Source of the DNA: Janthinobacterium lividum
GTDB taxonomy: Bacteria > Bacteroidota > Bacteroidia > Cytophagales > Hymenobacteraceae
Length of the DNA: 64,000 nt
Direction: 5' to 3'
Assembly (NCBI GenBank): GCA_050954765.1
Contig: JBPBQJ010000057.1
Span: 27,242 to 91,241 of the forward strand
The notes below the pieces were generated by a model that was given only the letters and a program-made list of their open reading frames with translations, was not told the origin of the DNA and ran no database searches. A program made the position numbers and the translations under genes. How positions within the stretch are numbered: position 1 is the first letter of the stretch; each line of letters starts with the position of its first letter. Shown piece by piece: positions 17,905 to 27,196 of this stretch.

Positions 17905-18861
17905 CTAGGCACCACCGACACTTTGCAGCACCACGGCGTGGCGGCTGAATAATTCTTTTATTAACTCGCAGCGGTGACGCACAGCCGTAGAACTAGGAAG
18001 CTCAGTGTCAGTGAAGGGCACGGCCGAGATACTGTCTTTCACTCGGTCAGCTAACAAGTCTAAAGGGCGCAAGCGTTCAACGTCAGGCTCTTCGCCCGTT
18101 ACTTCTAAACGGATAACCTCGCCGGGGCCCAGGGCTTCGCAGGCATCGACTAAACGCCGGACAAAGCCACGCTCCAGCGAGGGCTTGGAGCCCAAATCGG
18201 TTTGTCGTTTGGATGGTGGGCGGTTGGGTACTTTGAAGTCGCAGACCACCTCATCGCTGCCGCTGGCATCGGCGGCGCGGAAAGAGGCATCTAGCGTTTG
18301 GCGGTCAGCTTCGTTTTTAAACATGCTCACATCGCGTAGACGGGCTAGCCGTAGGCGTAGCTGCGTGTAGCGGGTAAAGCTATCGAAAATGTGTCGAGCA
18401 TCGAGCCGCCGCACGATGGAAGGCAGGATGACGGGTAGGGGAGATACCTGCTTCAATAGCATGGTGCGGAAATACTCGCACCACTCGTAGGCAGTGGTGC
18501 TGCTTTTGCTTCCGCCTTCTAATAGCAAGATGCCCCGGCGTTTCTCGTAGACGAAGCAGCTCACGCGCCCCAAGCCCTGGCCAGTAGCTAGTGGTAACTG
18601 GCCAAACTCTTTGTTATGACGGGTGTAAGTAAGCGGTAGGCCGGTGTGGCGGGTACGCACGAGGGCGCCGGTGATATACTCTGGCGAGTTTTCGATAGCG
18701 TACGCATCAAGTGAGTGACTAGCTCCTTGCGTGATGGCTTCTACGTCGTGTACGTCAAAAGCTGCAAAAGCCTTCGTGATTGCTTCAATAGAGAGCTGAT
18801 TTTCAGACTGAGGATTTACAGTCCAGAAGCTAACTGCAATCTTTCGAGGAGCAAGACCCAT
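17905..18861 (-). CDS. Soluble DUF6731/DUF4747-like protein, RexA/KwaB-like sensor candidate
   Basis: Beta-rich N-half (GQGLGRVSCFVYEKRRGILLLE); C-terminal PLDLLADRVK; paired with a 4-TM gene. Confidence 0.5.
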   Translation of the reverse strand: MGLAPRKIAVSFWTVNPQSENQLSIEAITKAFAAFDVHDVEAITQGASHSLDAYAIENSPEYITGALVRTRHTGLPLTYTRHNKEFGQLPLATGQGLGRVSCFVYEKRRGILLLEGGSKSSTTAYEWCEYFRTMLLKQVSPLPVILPSIVRRLDARHIFDSFTRYTQLRLRLARLRDVSMFKNEADRQTLDASFRAADASGSDEVVCDFKVPNRPPSKRQTDLGSKPSLERGFVRRLVDACEALGPGEVIRLEVTGEEPDVERLRPLDLLADRVKDSISAVPFTDTELPSSTAVRHRCELIKELFSRHAVVLQSVGGA

Positions 18862-18889
18862 AAGTAAAAGAGTAATAGTTAGCTATGAA

Positions 18890-20632
18890 CTATTTAAAGC
18901 CTTGCTCTATAAAAGTAAAAATATCCGTAAAGTGCTTCTGTGCTTTCGTACTTAGTTTATCCCAAGTAATATCGTCAGACTGAGCCTTAGATAAAAAAAG
19001 CCATCCAATGAGAGCTTTGCCACCATGAATACTTAAATCCTCACTTAATGTAACACCAGTCCTGTTGAAGCTCGGTAATGCTAGCTGTATATCAGACTCT
19101 TCAAAAATGTCTTCAATTCCATCGCATCCTTCAAGCTTGTATATTTTACTGTCGGCTGTGTCGTCGTAAGGAAAAAAGTTTTTCTTAATTTTATTAACTT
19201 CTTTAGTTGTTCCCTTTTCGTCAAATATCATAAGCCATTTCAAGCCCCAGCCAATACACAATTCCATTAATAAATGCGCGTTTGAAGCCCCCATTGCAGG
19301 CATAAAATAGAAATCACTTTTTAAATCAAGTAGCTTTTTAGCTGCGGTTAAATAATAATAATCAGATATGCCTTCGACAATCACGTTCTTGTCTTTTGCT
19401 GCAGAGAAATTATGCGCGATGCTTAGACCTAAAGCATCTATTATAGGTTTTGCTGAATCTCTCTGACTAGGGGAAATCTTAGTGGTGATTTTTTCTACTG
19501 TAGTACCGTTAGACTTTGAGTTAAATATTAATCTAAGTCGATGAAGCTTTTCAGTATCTATCAAATAAGGGGAATGAGTAGCATAAATTATTTGATTATC
19601 TTCTGATAACTCTTCGAAAATTTCTAGCATATCATGTTGTGCTCTAGAATGTAGGTGCAAGCCAGGCTCGTCAAAGAGCATCACCATGTTGCTCTTGGTC
19701 ATATTACTTGCTGATAGGTGCAAGTAAAAGGATAAGAACCATTTGAAGCCAAGGCTTCTTTTCTCAGGTGGTAAAGCTTCACCCTCACGAGTTTCTATAA
19801 GGAATCGCAGGTATGGTCTGCCATCTTTACCACCTTGTTTGTAATCTACAGATATGATAGTGCCAGTTTCATTTCCCACTCTTTGGCGCCATTTCTTATT
19901 AAAATCTAGCGTCAATTTTTCTTTGTATTCTATCTTTTTTCTATCTACTTTCTCATCTGAAAAATCTACTAATTTGGAAAAGTCAGTATCAAGTAATATT
20001 CCGATATCATTTACTGCTTGCAGCCCCTTTGGATTGCCTTCGCTTGCTAGTTCATCTAAATAAAATTTAGCAGGTAAAGTATCAAAAAACTCATCAAATA
20101 AAATTATGACAGGAGATATTTTAAATAGGCTGCTACCTAATACTTGTCTTACATTCCGTTCAGTAAGGCTTTTGTAAATATCTTGTTGTTTAAGCGTATT
20201 TACTAAGCTTGTAATTTCTGCATTAGGGGTAATTACTACACTGAATGAAAGGTCATCTGAGGGCCTCAGGACCCTCTCTAATTTAATCTCTTTGGCATCT
20301 TTTATATATTTTGCTATTAAATCAATTTCAAGTAATGATTTCAATGGGTCTGAAATGCCATCCGTCGAAATAAGCTCTTGAAATATATCTTCTTCATCCT
20401 CAGGAATATACGTGCAGTATACTTTGGGGCGCTTATTTTTATCTTCCTCATCTCTGTAGGCTTCTAAGCAAGGTGTATTAGACTCATAGTGCTTTAATGC
20501 TTCAAGAAGGGAGCTTTTACCTGATTCGTTTTGGCCAGCTAGAATAGTAATGCCATCACTTGGTGATAAGAAGCATTCCTTGCTGTCAATAATTGAGCGG
20601 TAATTAGTGACACGGAACGATTTGAGTTTCAT
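18890..20632 (-). CDS. OLD-family ATP-dependent nuclease (ABC ATPase + TOPRIM)
   Basis: NYRSI, GQNESGKS (Walker A), FDEPGLHLH, ATHSPY, VEGISD (TOPRIM); markedly AT-rich. Confidence 0.85.
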   Translation of the reverse strand: MKLKSFRVTNYRSIIDSKECFLSPSDGITILAGQNESGKSSLLEALKHYESNTPCLEAYRDEEDKNKRPKVYCTYIPEDEEDIFQELISTDGISDPLKSLLEIDLIAKYIKDAKEIKLERVLRPSDDLSFSVVITPNAEITSLVNTLKQQDIYKSLTERNVRQVLGSSLFKISPVIILFDEFFDTLPAKFYLDELASEGNPKGLQAVNDIGILLDTDFSKLVDFSDEKVDRKKIEYKEKLTLDFNKKWRQRVGNETGTIISVDYKQGGKDGRPYLRFLIETREGEALPPEKRSLGFKWFLSFYLHLSASNMTKSNMVMLFDEPGLHLHSRAQHDMLEIFEELSEDNQIIYATHSPYLIDTEKLHRLRLIFNSKSNGTTVEKITTKISPSQRDSAKPIIDALGLSIAHNFSAAKDKNVIVEGISDYYYLTAAKKLLDLKSDFYFMPAMGASNAHLLMELCIGWGLKWLMIFDEKGTTKEVNKIKKNFFPYDDTADSKIYKLEGCDGIEDIFEESDIQLALPSFNRTGVTLSEDLSIHGGKALIGWLFLSKAQSDDITWDKLSTKAQKHFTDIFTFIEQGFK

Positions 20633-20658
20633 TTTGCAGGGGGTGGGGGAAAGTTAGG

Positions 20659-21186
20659 TTAATTAGGTCGGTTGTAGCTGGCGCGCAGCAGGTTAATCGT
20701 GTCGTCCTTCGCCGCAATGAGCGCATCCTTACTATCCAGCAAAGCCGCCTGCGAGGCCACCTGCTGCTGCAGCCGTTCCACCTCGGCCCGAGCGCTGGCT
20801 AGGTCGCGCTTGTGCTGCTCGAGCTCGAGCTGGCACGCCTCTAGGGTAGTAGGGGAGTAGTGGTTGTCGCCGTGGACAGTGCCTACTGCTTGGCCACCGC
20901 CTTGCGACATCACATTAGTGGTCGTGATGTTGCGGGCCTCTGGATACTTATTAGTAAGTGCATCCCAAGCCGCTGCTGGTGCCGACTGGACACCATTGCG
21001 CACTCGATTTATAAAATCTGGACGGTACCCAAGCTCTGTGCTCATTGCCCTGTCCGATTTAATTCCGTGAGCTCGCATTACTTGAGTTGCCACAGATATA
21101 AATTTTTCGTCTAGGTCAGTCTTAGGGCGCTTATCTGGCTCTTGCTCTTTTTTGGGTGCGTTTTTTTTCACGCTGTTACTGAGCAT
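20659..21186 (-). CDS. CI-like phage repressor
   Basis: HTH (SDRAMSTELGYRPDFINRVRNG) plus C-terminal coiled coil; divergent from early operon. Confidence 0.7.
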   Translation of the reverse strand: MLSNSVKKNAPKKEQEPDKRPKTDLDEKFISVATQVMRAHGIKSDRAMSTELGYRPDFINRVRNGVQSAPAAAWDALTNKYPEARNITTTNVMSQGGGQAVGTVHGDNHYSPTTLEACQLELEQHKRDLASARAEVERLQQQVASQAALLDSKDALIAAKDDTINLLRASYNRPN

Positions 21187-21253
21187 TTTGTATTTTTATA
21201 AAGCATTTTGTGTTTCCAAAAAGCACAAAATGCTTATCGGAAGCGTACGTTTG
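21182..21253. promoter_or_regulatory. Immunity operators and rightward promoter
   Basis: AGCATTTTGT at 21182 and 21202, inverted at 21225-21234; TACGTTTG -7 element at 21246-21253. Confidence 0.65.
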
Positions 21254-21300
21254 TCAAGTCACGATAACGCACCTGCAATAAAGCAGGTGGCGGGTGAATC

Positions 21301-21573
21301 GTGTCAACCACGCGTATGCATGCCCCGCTCAGCACCGAAAGGCAGAAGTACTACCAGCTGATGGCCCTGGTCTGCGAAGACCTCACGATGGCCGCCATCG
21401 ACACGCTGGTGCGCGGTGGCCACCCCGCCACTACCACCCAGCTCACCTCCATCCGCTCAGGCCGCCGCATCGACCTGGCTGGCCTCGTGGATATCGTGCG
21501 CGTGGCCCTGCCCGCCTTCCAGGTGCCGGCCGAATTGCAGCCCGTGGCCACGCCCCAGCCCCTGTTTTCCTAA
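21301..21573 (+). CDS. Cro-position small protein
   Basis: First gene divergent from repressor; helical, QLTSIRSGRR; start may be ATG 21316. Confidence 0.55.
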   Translation: MSTTRMHAPLSTERQKYYQLMALVCEDLTMAAIDTLVRGGHPATTTQLTSIRSGRRIDLAGLVDIVRVALPAFQVPAELQPVATPQPLFS

Positions 21574-21944
21574 TGGAAGACCGGGCTCCCTACGCCTCGG
21601 CCCCGAAAGGCCCGCGCAACCTGGCCGCCCCGCTAGCCGCTTGGCTGCGCACCCAGGGCTTCACGGCTACCGAGCAGCACTACGCCACGCTGGCCACGGT
21701 GGCCGCGCACTGGATAAGCCTGCGCTTCGAGCGCTTTGAGCTGACCTATACCTGGCAGGCCGGGCCTAGCCCCGAAGCCACCTGCCAGCTGCAAGTATTC
21801 AGCCATCAGCTCGGCCCGCAAGTCGAACCCCTTTTCACAGCCCAGCGCGTGCGCCGCCTGCGCGAGGTGCGCCTGCTGCTGACAGGCAACGTGCGCTACG
21901 CCAACGCCCGGCTGCTGGCCACCCTACCTCATCCGGTCCTCTAA
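21573..21944 (+). CDS. Hypothetical early phage protein
   Basis: TAATG coupling to upstream gene; MEDRAPY start. Confidence 0.6.
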   Translation: MEDRAPYASAPKGPRNLAAPLAAWLRTQGFTATEQHYATLATVAAHWISLRFERFELTYTWQAGPSPEATCQLQVFSHQLGPQVEPLFTAQRVRRLREVRLLLTGNVRYANARLLATLPHPVL

Positions 21945-21959
21945 CCCCTCTTTTTCCCC

Positions 21960-22298
21960 ATGACTGAGCAGATTCCCCACCCTTTTCGCCCCGGTGAGCA
22001 CGTCACAGGTGCCCTCCTGACCCAGGACGACCGCAGCCTACTGGCCGCCGGTATTGCCGAGCACGTGACAGGCCAGCGCATCACTCAGGTAGAGTTCACC
22101 CGCTCGCTCGACGCCGAAACGTCGAAGCAGTTGGGCGTGCCCGTCGACCAGGTCGACCTGACCATCTACCTGGCCAACAACGTGGCCTACTGCGCCCGGC
22201 TGATGGTGCACTCGCTGGCTACCATCAGCCGGGGCGGGGCGCTGGCCCACATTCCGGTGGGCGCTGAAAACTACGTGGTCCCTACCACGACTGCCTAA
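21960..22298 (+). CDS. Hypothetical early phage protein
   Basis: 112-aa ORF in operon with pyrimidine-rich leader. Confidence 0.6.
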   Translation: MTEQIPHPFRPGEHVTGALLTQDDRSLLAAGIAEHVTGQRITQVEFTRSLDAETSKQLGVPVDQVDLTIYLANNVAYCARLMVHSLATISRGGALAHIPVGAENYVVPTTTA

Positions 22299-22316
22299 TG
22301 CCTGCCAACACGCTCC

Positions 22317-22649
22317 CTACAACTCCTCAACAGCCACCAGCAGGCGCTCGAGCAAGGGCAGTGCCTGCAGCAAGTACCCCTGCACCGGGGGCCAGGTGGC
22401 GGGCGAGTGCTCGGGCTGCAGCAGCAGCCGGCCCAGCTCATCCACGCCCGCCGTCAGCTCGGCCTGCTCCAGCGCCGTCAAGGGCCCGCCCGGGGCGTGG
22501 AGCACGAGCAGCACCTGCTCGGCAATGGCGCAGAGCGCGCGCGCTAGCCGCCAGTGCAGGGGGAGGCCGCCATCGGCCGCGGCGAGCCGGGGCAGGTAGT
22601 GGCGCACGAGCGCCAGGGCCAAGGCAGCGTGAATCTCCTGGTCGAGCAT
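22317..22649 (-). CDS. Hypothetical counter-oriented protein
   Basis: Fills the gap between + genes; TTTG-CCCT-ATG start. Confidence 0.55.
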   Translation of the reverse strand: MLDQEIHAALALALVRHYLPRLAAADGGLPLHWRLARALCAIAEQVLLVLHAPGGPLTALEQAELTAGVDELGRLLLQPEHSPATWPPVQGYLLQALPLLERLLVAVEEL

Positions 22650-22789
22650 AGGGCAAAAGCGGGCCCGGGGACCGCGCGGCAAAGGCCGCCGGGCAAGGCC
22701 AGCGGCGAAGGTTGACAAGCATAACTAACAGATACTGGGACGCTCATTTACTTCTAATTACTTCTCTTTCACTACTTCTTCTCTTTGCC

Positions 22790-23050
22790 ATGCACCTGAA
22801 CACGACCCCCACCGACCCGCCGCGCCTGCCCTGCTGGCGCGACATGCACGAGCTGCTGCATGTGGTGCTGACCCCGCAACTGGTCATGCTCGCGCCCCTG
22901 GACGAGCTCGCCCGCCGCCTGCACGAAATCGCCGCCCAGCAGCCGCGCTTTCGGGAGGAAGTGCCCCTGGTGCTGGCCGGCGAGCGCCGCCGCCGCCACC
23001 GCTACAGCGGCGCGCTGCGCCTGGCCAGCCCCCGCGCCGAAGTGGCCTAG
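22790..23050 (+). CDS. Hypothetical phage protein
   Basis: ATG after long CT-rich leader. Confidence 0.55.
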   Translation: MHLNTTPTDPPRLPCWRDMHELLHVVLTPQLVMLAPLDELARRLHEIAAQQPRFREEVPLVLAGERRRRHRYSGALRLASPRAEVA

Positions 23051-23056
23051 CCTGCG

Positions 23057-23689
23057 CTACGCCTGCGCCTGCCACCGCTGCCTGTTTAACCACCTCACTT
23101 CTACCAGCTCTTTTTCATGCTCCCTGCTTTCCCCAAGATTTCCCTCACCGACGCCGCCACCGGCAAGCGCGTGCGCGTGGCCGCTTTCCAGCCCGGCGAC
23201 GCGCTGGTGCAGCCCATCCTGGGCTACTGCTACACGGCCGCCAACAACTGGCGCGTGTACGTGGCTGGCCCCATGCCCCCGCACCTGCGCTCGGCCGTGG
23301 AGGAAGGGCACACCGACTGCGAGGTGCTGCTCGTGGCCGAGCTGCCGGCCGGCATCCAGGAAATCACCCTGCCCGACCACCGGCGCGAGTTCGCCCTTCA
23401 GCAAGTCGCCTGATGCCAGCAGCGCCCGCACTTCCTGGGCCGAGTCGAGCACGCGGTGCTGGGCCGTGTCGAGAAACTGCTGGGCCCGCGCGCGGGCGTC
23501 GGGGGCGGGCGGCGGGCCCGCCAGCAGGGAGTCGAGCAGCTCGGCCTCGGTCTGCTGCAGCCGGGCTTCGAGCTGCTGGGCGGCGGCCGGCTGGGCACCC
23601 AGGGCCAGGTAGAGGCGCACGCTCGCCCGCAGCTTGGCTTGCCAGTCGGGGCTGGCCGCGCGCGTGAAAAAGAGAGCGGTCTGGTCCAT
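23057..23689 (-). CDS. Hypothetical counter-oriented helical protein; 3' half is antisense to 23117-23413
   Basis: Perfect TACATTTG -7 element 8 nt before ATG; first ~95 aa protein-like. Confidence 0.45.
   Translation of the reverse strand: MDQTALFFTRAASPDWQAKLRASVRLYLALGAQPAAAQQLEARLQQTEAELLDSLLAGPPPAPDARARAQQFLDTAQHRVLDSAQEVRALLASGDLLKGELAPVVGQGDFLDAGRQLGHEQHLAVGVPFLHGRAQVRGHGASHVHAPVVGGRVAVAQDGLHQRVAGLESGHAHALAGGGVGEGNLGESREHEKELVEVRWLNRQRWQAQA
23117..23413 (+). CDS. Hypothetical phage protein
   Basis: 98 aa, GC3-biased codons, CT-rich leader. Confidence 0.55.
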   Translation: MLPAFPKISLTDAATGKRVRVAAFQPGDALVQPILGYCYTAANNWRVYVAGPMPPHLRSAVEEGHTDCEVLLVAELPAGIQEITLPDHRREFALQQVA

Positions 23690-23837
23690 GAGAACATCAA
23701 ATGTAGCCGCTCAGCCAGCACTTGTGCTAGCAGCCGAGCTCACATTTTTTATCCGCTAGCTACTTGACCAGTAGTAATTTAAAAAGAATAGCGTTTAGTT
23801 AAATAAACATTGCCCTGTCCCTATTTCTGCCTTGCTT

Positions 23838-24218
23838 ATGCTGCCGCTCACCCTGCTTACTCCCGACGATTTGGCCCCGGTGCTGGCCAAGCTCGATGCC
23901 ATTCTGCAGCAGCAGACGGCCGCCGCGCGGCCCGCCGACGACTACCTGAGCGTGGCCCAGGTGGCGGCCCTCACGGGCACGAGCGAGAAGACCGTGCGCA
24001 AGTGGATAAGCCAGGGCAAGTACGACCAGCGCGGCCAGCTCATTCGCCTCTACACCCTCGAGTTCTCGCCCGGCTTTCCGAGGGTGCCCCGCTCGGCGCT
24101 GCTGGCCTTTGGCCAGAGCATGGGCTTCGAGGCCACGCAGCTGGCCCTGCCGCCGGCTGGGGCCCCGGCGCCCACCCCGGTGCTCGACTCGGCCAAGGCC
24201 CTGCGCCGGGCTTCCTAA
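23838..24218 (+). CDS. Excisionase-like HTH protein
   Basis: YLSVAQVAALTGTSEKTVRKWI (HTH_17/MerR-like). Confidence 0.75.
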   Translation: MLPLTLLTPDDLAPVLAKLDAILQQQTAAARPADDYLSVAQVAALTGTSEKTVRKWISQGKYDQRGQLIRLYTLEFSPGFPRVPRSALLAFGQSMGFEATQLALPPAGAPAPTPVLDSAKALRRAS

Positions 24219-24255
24219 CCTACTACTTCACTAATCCCCTCTTTGCCAACCACTC

Positions 24256-24525
24256 ATGTCCGTCTACACCGTCACCATTGACCAGCTCATGCAGCTCGAT
24301 AAAGATGCGCTCGCCTACGCCCTGCGCACGTTTGATAAAGAACTCGCCGGCATGCTCGACCTGCTGGCCGAGGCGCCCGAGGCCCGCCACGACCAGGTGG
24401 TGCTCGCCGACCTGACGAGCGTGCTCACCCTGCGCAAAGCCCTCTCGGCGCGCCTGCTGGAGCTCGAGGCCGCCCCGCAGCTGCTGCTCGGCGAATCGTC
24501 CACCGCAATGAGGGAGGCCGCCTAA
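24256..24525 (+). CDS. Hypothetical phage protein
   Basis: Operonic; TAATG-coupled to next gene. Confidence 0.6.
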   Translation: MSVYTVTIDQLMQLDKDALAYALRTFDKELAGMLDLLAEAPEARHDQVVLADLTSVLTLRKALSARLLELEAAPQLLLGESSTAMREAA

Positions 24526-24866
24526 TGGAGCCCATTCGCGTGTACTCGTCCCAGCCGGTCGGCCAGAAGCTGGCCTGCGCCTTTTTAGCCCTGCGCGGGG
24601 AGCGGGTGGTGGAGCTACCGCTGGCGGCGCTGCCCGCGCCGGCCCGCCCGCCCCGCCGGCGCTGCACCCTGCCCGACGACTTGGTGCGCGTGAGCCTGCG
24701 CCTGGTCGAAATCGGCGACCAGCTCAACGCCTCGGAGCACGGCTGGTGCCGCCTGGAGGCCGGCCTGGAAAATGGCCTGCGGGCCGAGCGCGACGCCTTG
24801 CAATCGCGCCAGCGGGCCATCCAGGCCACGCTGCAGGCGCAGAAAGGAGGGCCGGCTGATGTCTAA
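24525..24866 (+). CDS. Hypothetical phage protein
   Basis: Ends in KGG, which supplies an AAGGAGG RBS for the next gene. Confidence 0.55.
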   Translation: MEPIRVYSSQPVGQKLACAFLALRGERVVELPLAALPAPARPPRRRCTLPDDLVRVSLRLVEIGDQLNASEHGWCRLEAGLENGLRAERDALQSRQRAIQATLQAQKGGPADV

Positions 24867-25644
24867 GAAATTGCACGTCAATTGTTTTCTGGTGTTCGAT
24901 AAGGATGCCGAGGCCTTCCGCCACTTGGTAGATGAATACAACAACCCTGCTTCGTATGAAGAGCACCAGGCCGAGGGCTACGAGCACCGGGAGCCCGTTG
25001 TCGAGATTCTCTACGAAGAATCGAGTAAGGGCCGCACGGGCTTCGACTTGTGGTTTAGGACCCCGGCCATCGCCTTCTACTTTGGCGTCGCTTGGGTGCA
25101 GCGCCTAACCGAACTCGCCCAGCTGCCGGCTGAGGTGCCAGCCGCCTACCCCAAGTTTCTCTATGAGCCACGTATGCGCACCTGGCTGCGCTACAACTCG
25201 CCCGAATACTTCTGCCTCGTCTCGGCGTCGCAGCTGCAGGTGCGGCGCGCCCGCCCGCAGGAGCTCTACAAGCCCGAGCAGGTACAGGTAATAACGGAGG
25301 CAGAGTTTCTGAAAGCGTATCAGGTGGTGGCCAGCGCGTTACGTGACTTCACTAAACTGTACGAGGCCGAATATCAGCGACGGGGTGGCGAGGGGAATGA
25401 GTGGTTCTACCGCAACCCGAAAGGCGTAGCGGCCAATGTTTTACCGCAGCACCTGCGGCTCCACTCCTCTACCAATGAGTACGGCCGCTCGTGGCAATTC
25501 ATGTACGCCCACGACATGCACCGCAACGACGCCCGGCGCGTGGCCAGCACCGAGCAAGACTTTACCCAGCAGCTAGAGGCGATGCTCGCCGATGTGGAAG
25601 CGGCGGCCACTGGGCAGCAGGAGGGAGGGTTGGCCGATGGATGA
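24859..25644 (+). CDS. Hypothetical phage protein
   Basis: AAAGGAGG upstream; 261 aa. Confidence 0.6.
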   Translation: MSKKLHVNCFLVFDKDAEAFRHLVDEYNNPASYEEHQAEGYEHREPVVEILYEESSKGRTGFDLWFRTPAIAFYFGVAWVQRLTELAQLPAEVPAAYPKFLYEPRMRTWLRYNSPEYFCLVSASQLQVRRARPQELYKPEQVQVITEAEFLKAYQVVASALRDFTKLYEAEYQRRGGEGNEWFYRNPKGVAANVLPQHLRLHSSTNEYGRSWQFMYAHDMHRNDARRVASTEQDFTQQLEAMLADVEAAATGQQEGGLADG

Positions 25645-25915
25645 TATCAAAGCTCTAGTATTCAGTGAGTTGACCGAGTCAACCCAGCTTGCTGTTGCTA
25701 AAGTCATCAAGGATGAGATGGAACAACGCACCGGCATTCAGACTAAAAGCGTGTCTGAATGGGTGCGGGTGATGCTTTTGGGTAACACCAAGCTAGAGCT
25801 CAATCTGACCATTCGTAAGATGAATGTTGAGCCGGATAGCAAGCAAGTGCTTGAGCTTCTGACTCGTCAATATCTGCTGGTAGGGGTAAAGGAAGGAGGG
25901 CCGGATGGCGGCTGA
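25637..25915 (+). CDS. Hypothetical phage protein
   Basis: GGAGG upstream; overlapping coupling. Confidence 0.55.
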   Translation: MDDIKALVFSELTESTQLAVAKVIKDEMEQRTGIQTKSVSEWVRVMLLGNTKLELNLTIRKMNVEPDSKQVLELLTRQYLLVGVKEGGPDGG

Positions 25916-26246
25916 GTTTCTGCTCGACTTCGAGCCGGTGGTCCTGGCCCGGCAGTCCCGCTGGCCCCAGCTCCGCGGGCAGGCGCCTGAGCTAGGGCCA
26001 CCCCCCAGGCGGGTGCCGCTACTGGCGGCCCTGCGCCACTTTTTTCTAAAGCGCATGAGCATTCCCCAATTCCAGCGCGATTTGCGCGAAGTAGAAAACG
26101 AGCTGCGGCTCGCTCGCAACCGACTGGCCCACTACCAGTTGCTGGGCGAGCAGCTGCTCGCCCGCGACACCCAGCGCGTCGTCGAGGGCCACGAGCAGCT
26201 CAAGGTCACGCTCACGGCCACCATTCAGGCCCTGCCCGCGCAGTGA
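25905..26246 (+). CDS. Hypothetical phage protein
   Basis: AAGGAGG upstream; C-terminal pattern similar to 24525-24866. Confidence 0.55.
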   Translation: MAAEFLLDFEPVVLARQSRWPQLRGQAPELGPPPRRVPLLAALRHFFLKRMSIPQFQRDLREVENELRLARNRLAHYQLLGEQLLARDTQRVVEGHEQLKVTLTATIQALPAQ

Positions 26247-26250
26247 TGCC

Positions 26251-26343
26251 TGCCCCTTTCGTCTAACGAAGACTCAGGGTGCCTGCCTCTTCCTAAGTCG
26301 GCACCAGGCACCCTGAATGCCCGCTCGACGCGGGCCAGGGGCG
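26251..26343 (+). ncRNA. Candidate cloverleaf (four-way junction) RNA before the replication gene
   Basis: P1 26251-57/26337-43; P2 TTCGT/ACGAA; P3 12-bp TCAGGGTGCCTG/CAGGCACCCTGA; P4 GCCCGC/GCGGGC; then U-rich tract. Confidence 0.45.
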
Positions 26344-26373
26344 CTCTTTTTCTTCCTTCTATTTCCACCTCCT

Positions 26374-26937
26374 ATGTCCTTCCGTCCTGCTTTTTCTGCC
26401 AAGCTTCGCATCGATTACCACAAGACCTGGGCCGCCTTTACGCGGGTCATTAAGAACCTGCGCCTGGTGGCGCCCACCGCCACGCCCGAGCACCTGCGAC
26501 ATGCCCTGGCTCCGCAGAAGACCGTGAAGCGCCCGCAGGTCAAGGGCAACGTGGTGCACACGGCCAAGGAAATCCTGACCATCTTCCTCGACCTCTGGAA
26601 ACGCGCCCCCAAGGCTATCAACCTGGCCATCCAGACCACCCGCGCGGGCCTGGCCAAGCGCTGCCAGAACCGCGACCCCAAAACAGCCTACCGCCACATC
26701 CTGGCCCTGGTAGATGCGGGTATTCTGCGGGCCAAGGTGCACGTGAAGGGTGGCCTGCAGCTGCTGCTCAACCCCGACCTCATCGTGTTCGACGCGGCCC
26801 CGGCCCAGGCGCTGGCGCTAGCCCCGGCGAGCCCCGTGGCGGCCCCCGAAGCCCCCGCCTGCACCCCGGAGCAGGGGCTGGCCGCCCTGCGCGCCCTCGC
26901 CCAAAATTTTGGCCTGAGCGGCCGCCGGCCTACTTAA
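26374..26937 (+). CDS. Winged-helix protein, putative replication initiator
   Basis: TTRAGLAKRCQNRDPKTAYRHILALVDAGIL wHTH; upstream of primase. Confidence 0.55.
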   Translation: MSFRPAFSAKLRIDYHKTWAAFTRVIKNLRLVAPTATPEHLRHALAPQKTVKRPQVKGNVVHTAKEILTIFLDLWKRAPKAINLAIQTTRAGLAKRCQNRDPKTAYRHILALVDAGILRAKVHVKGGLQLLLNPDLIVFDAAPAQALALAPASPVAAPEAPACTPEQGLAALRALAQNFGLSGRRPT

Positions 26938-27196
26938 AAAACTCAAAGCGGGCATATTGTCCAGCTTTATAGACTGGGACCATCCATAAATGCTATGAAG
27001 CATAGGAACGGTCGTTTTGCCGCCGACTTTTCCACACCCCCGATGCGGATAAGTCGGGCTGGCTGAAAAAAAAAGGAGGGGGCGGGCCCCGAGCGGCCCG
27101 CAGGGGCTGCGCCCAAGCGGCCCGCCGGTACCCAAACCACCGCCGCTGGCTGAGTGGGTAGGGGCCGCTATTTCCTGCAACATCGAAAAACCGAAC

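Noticed and set aside
18890-20632. Gabija, retron or PARIS assignment for the ATPase-TOPRIM gene
   Set aside because: No UvrD helicase, RT or separate AriB partner nearby
23816-23851. Further late-motif copy (TGTCCCT)
   Set aside because: Lacks the T-run and has no TTTG at +32
26938-27196. Replication origin between the wHTH gene and primase
   Set aside because: Plausible by position, but no clear iterons seen
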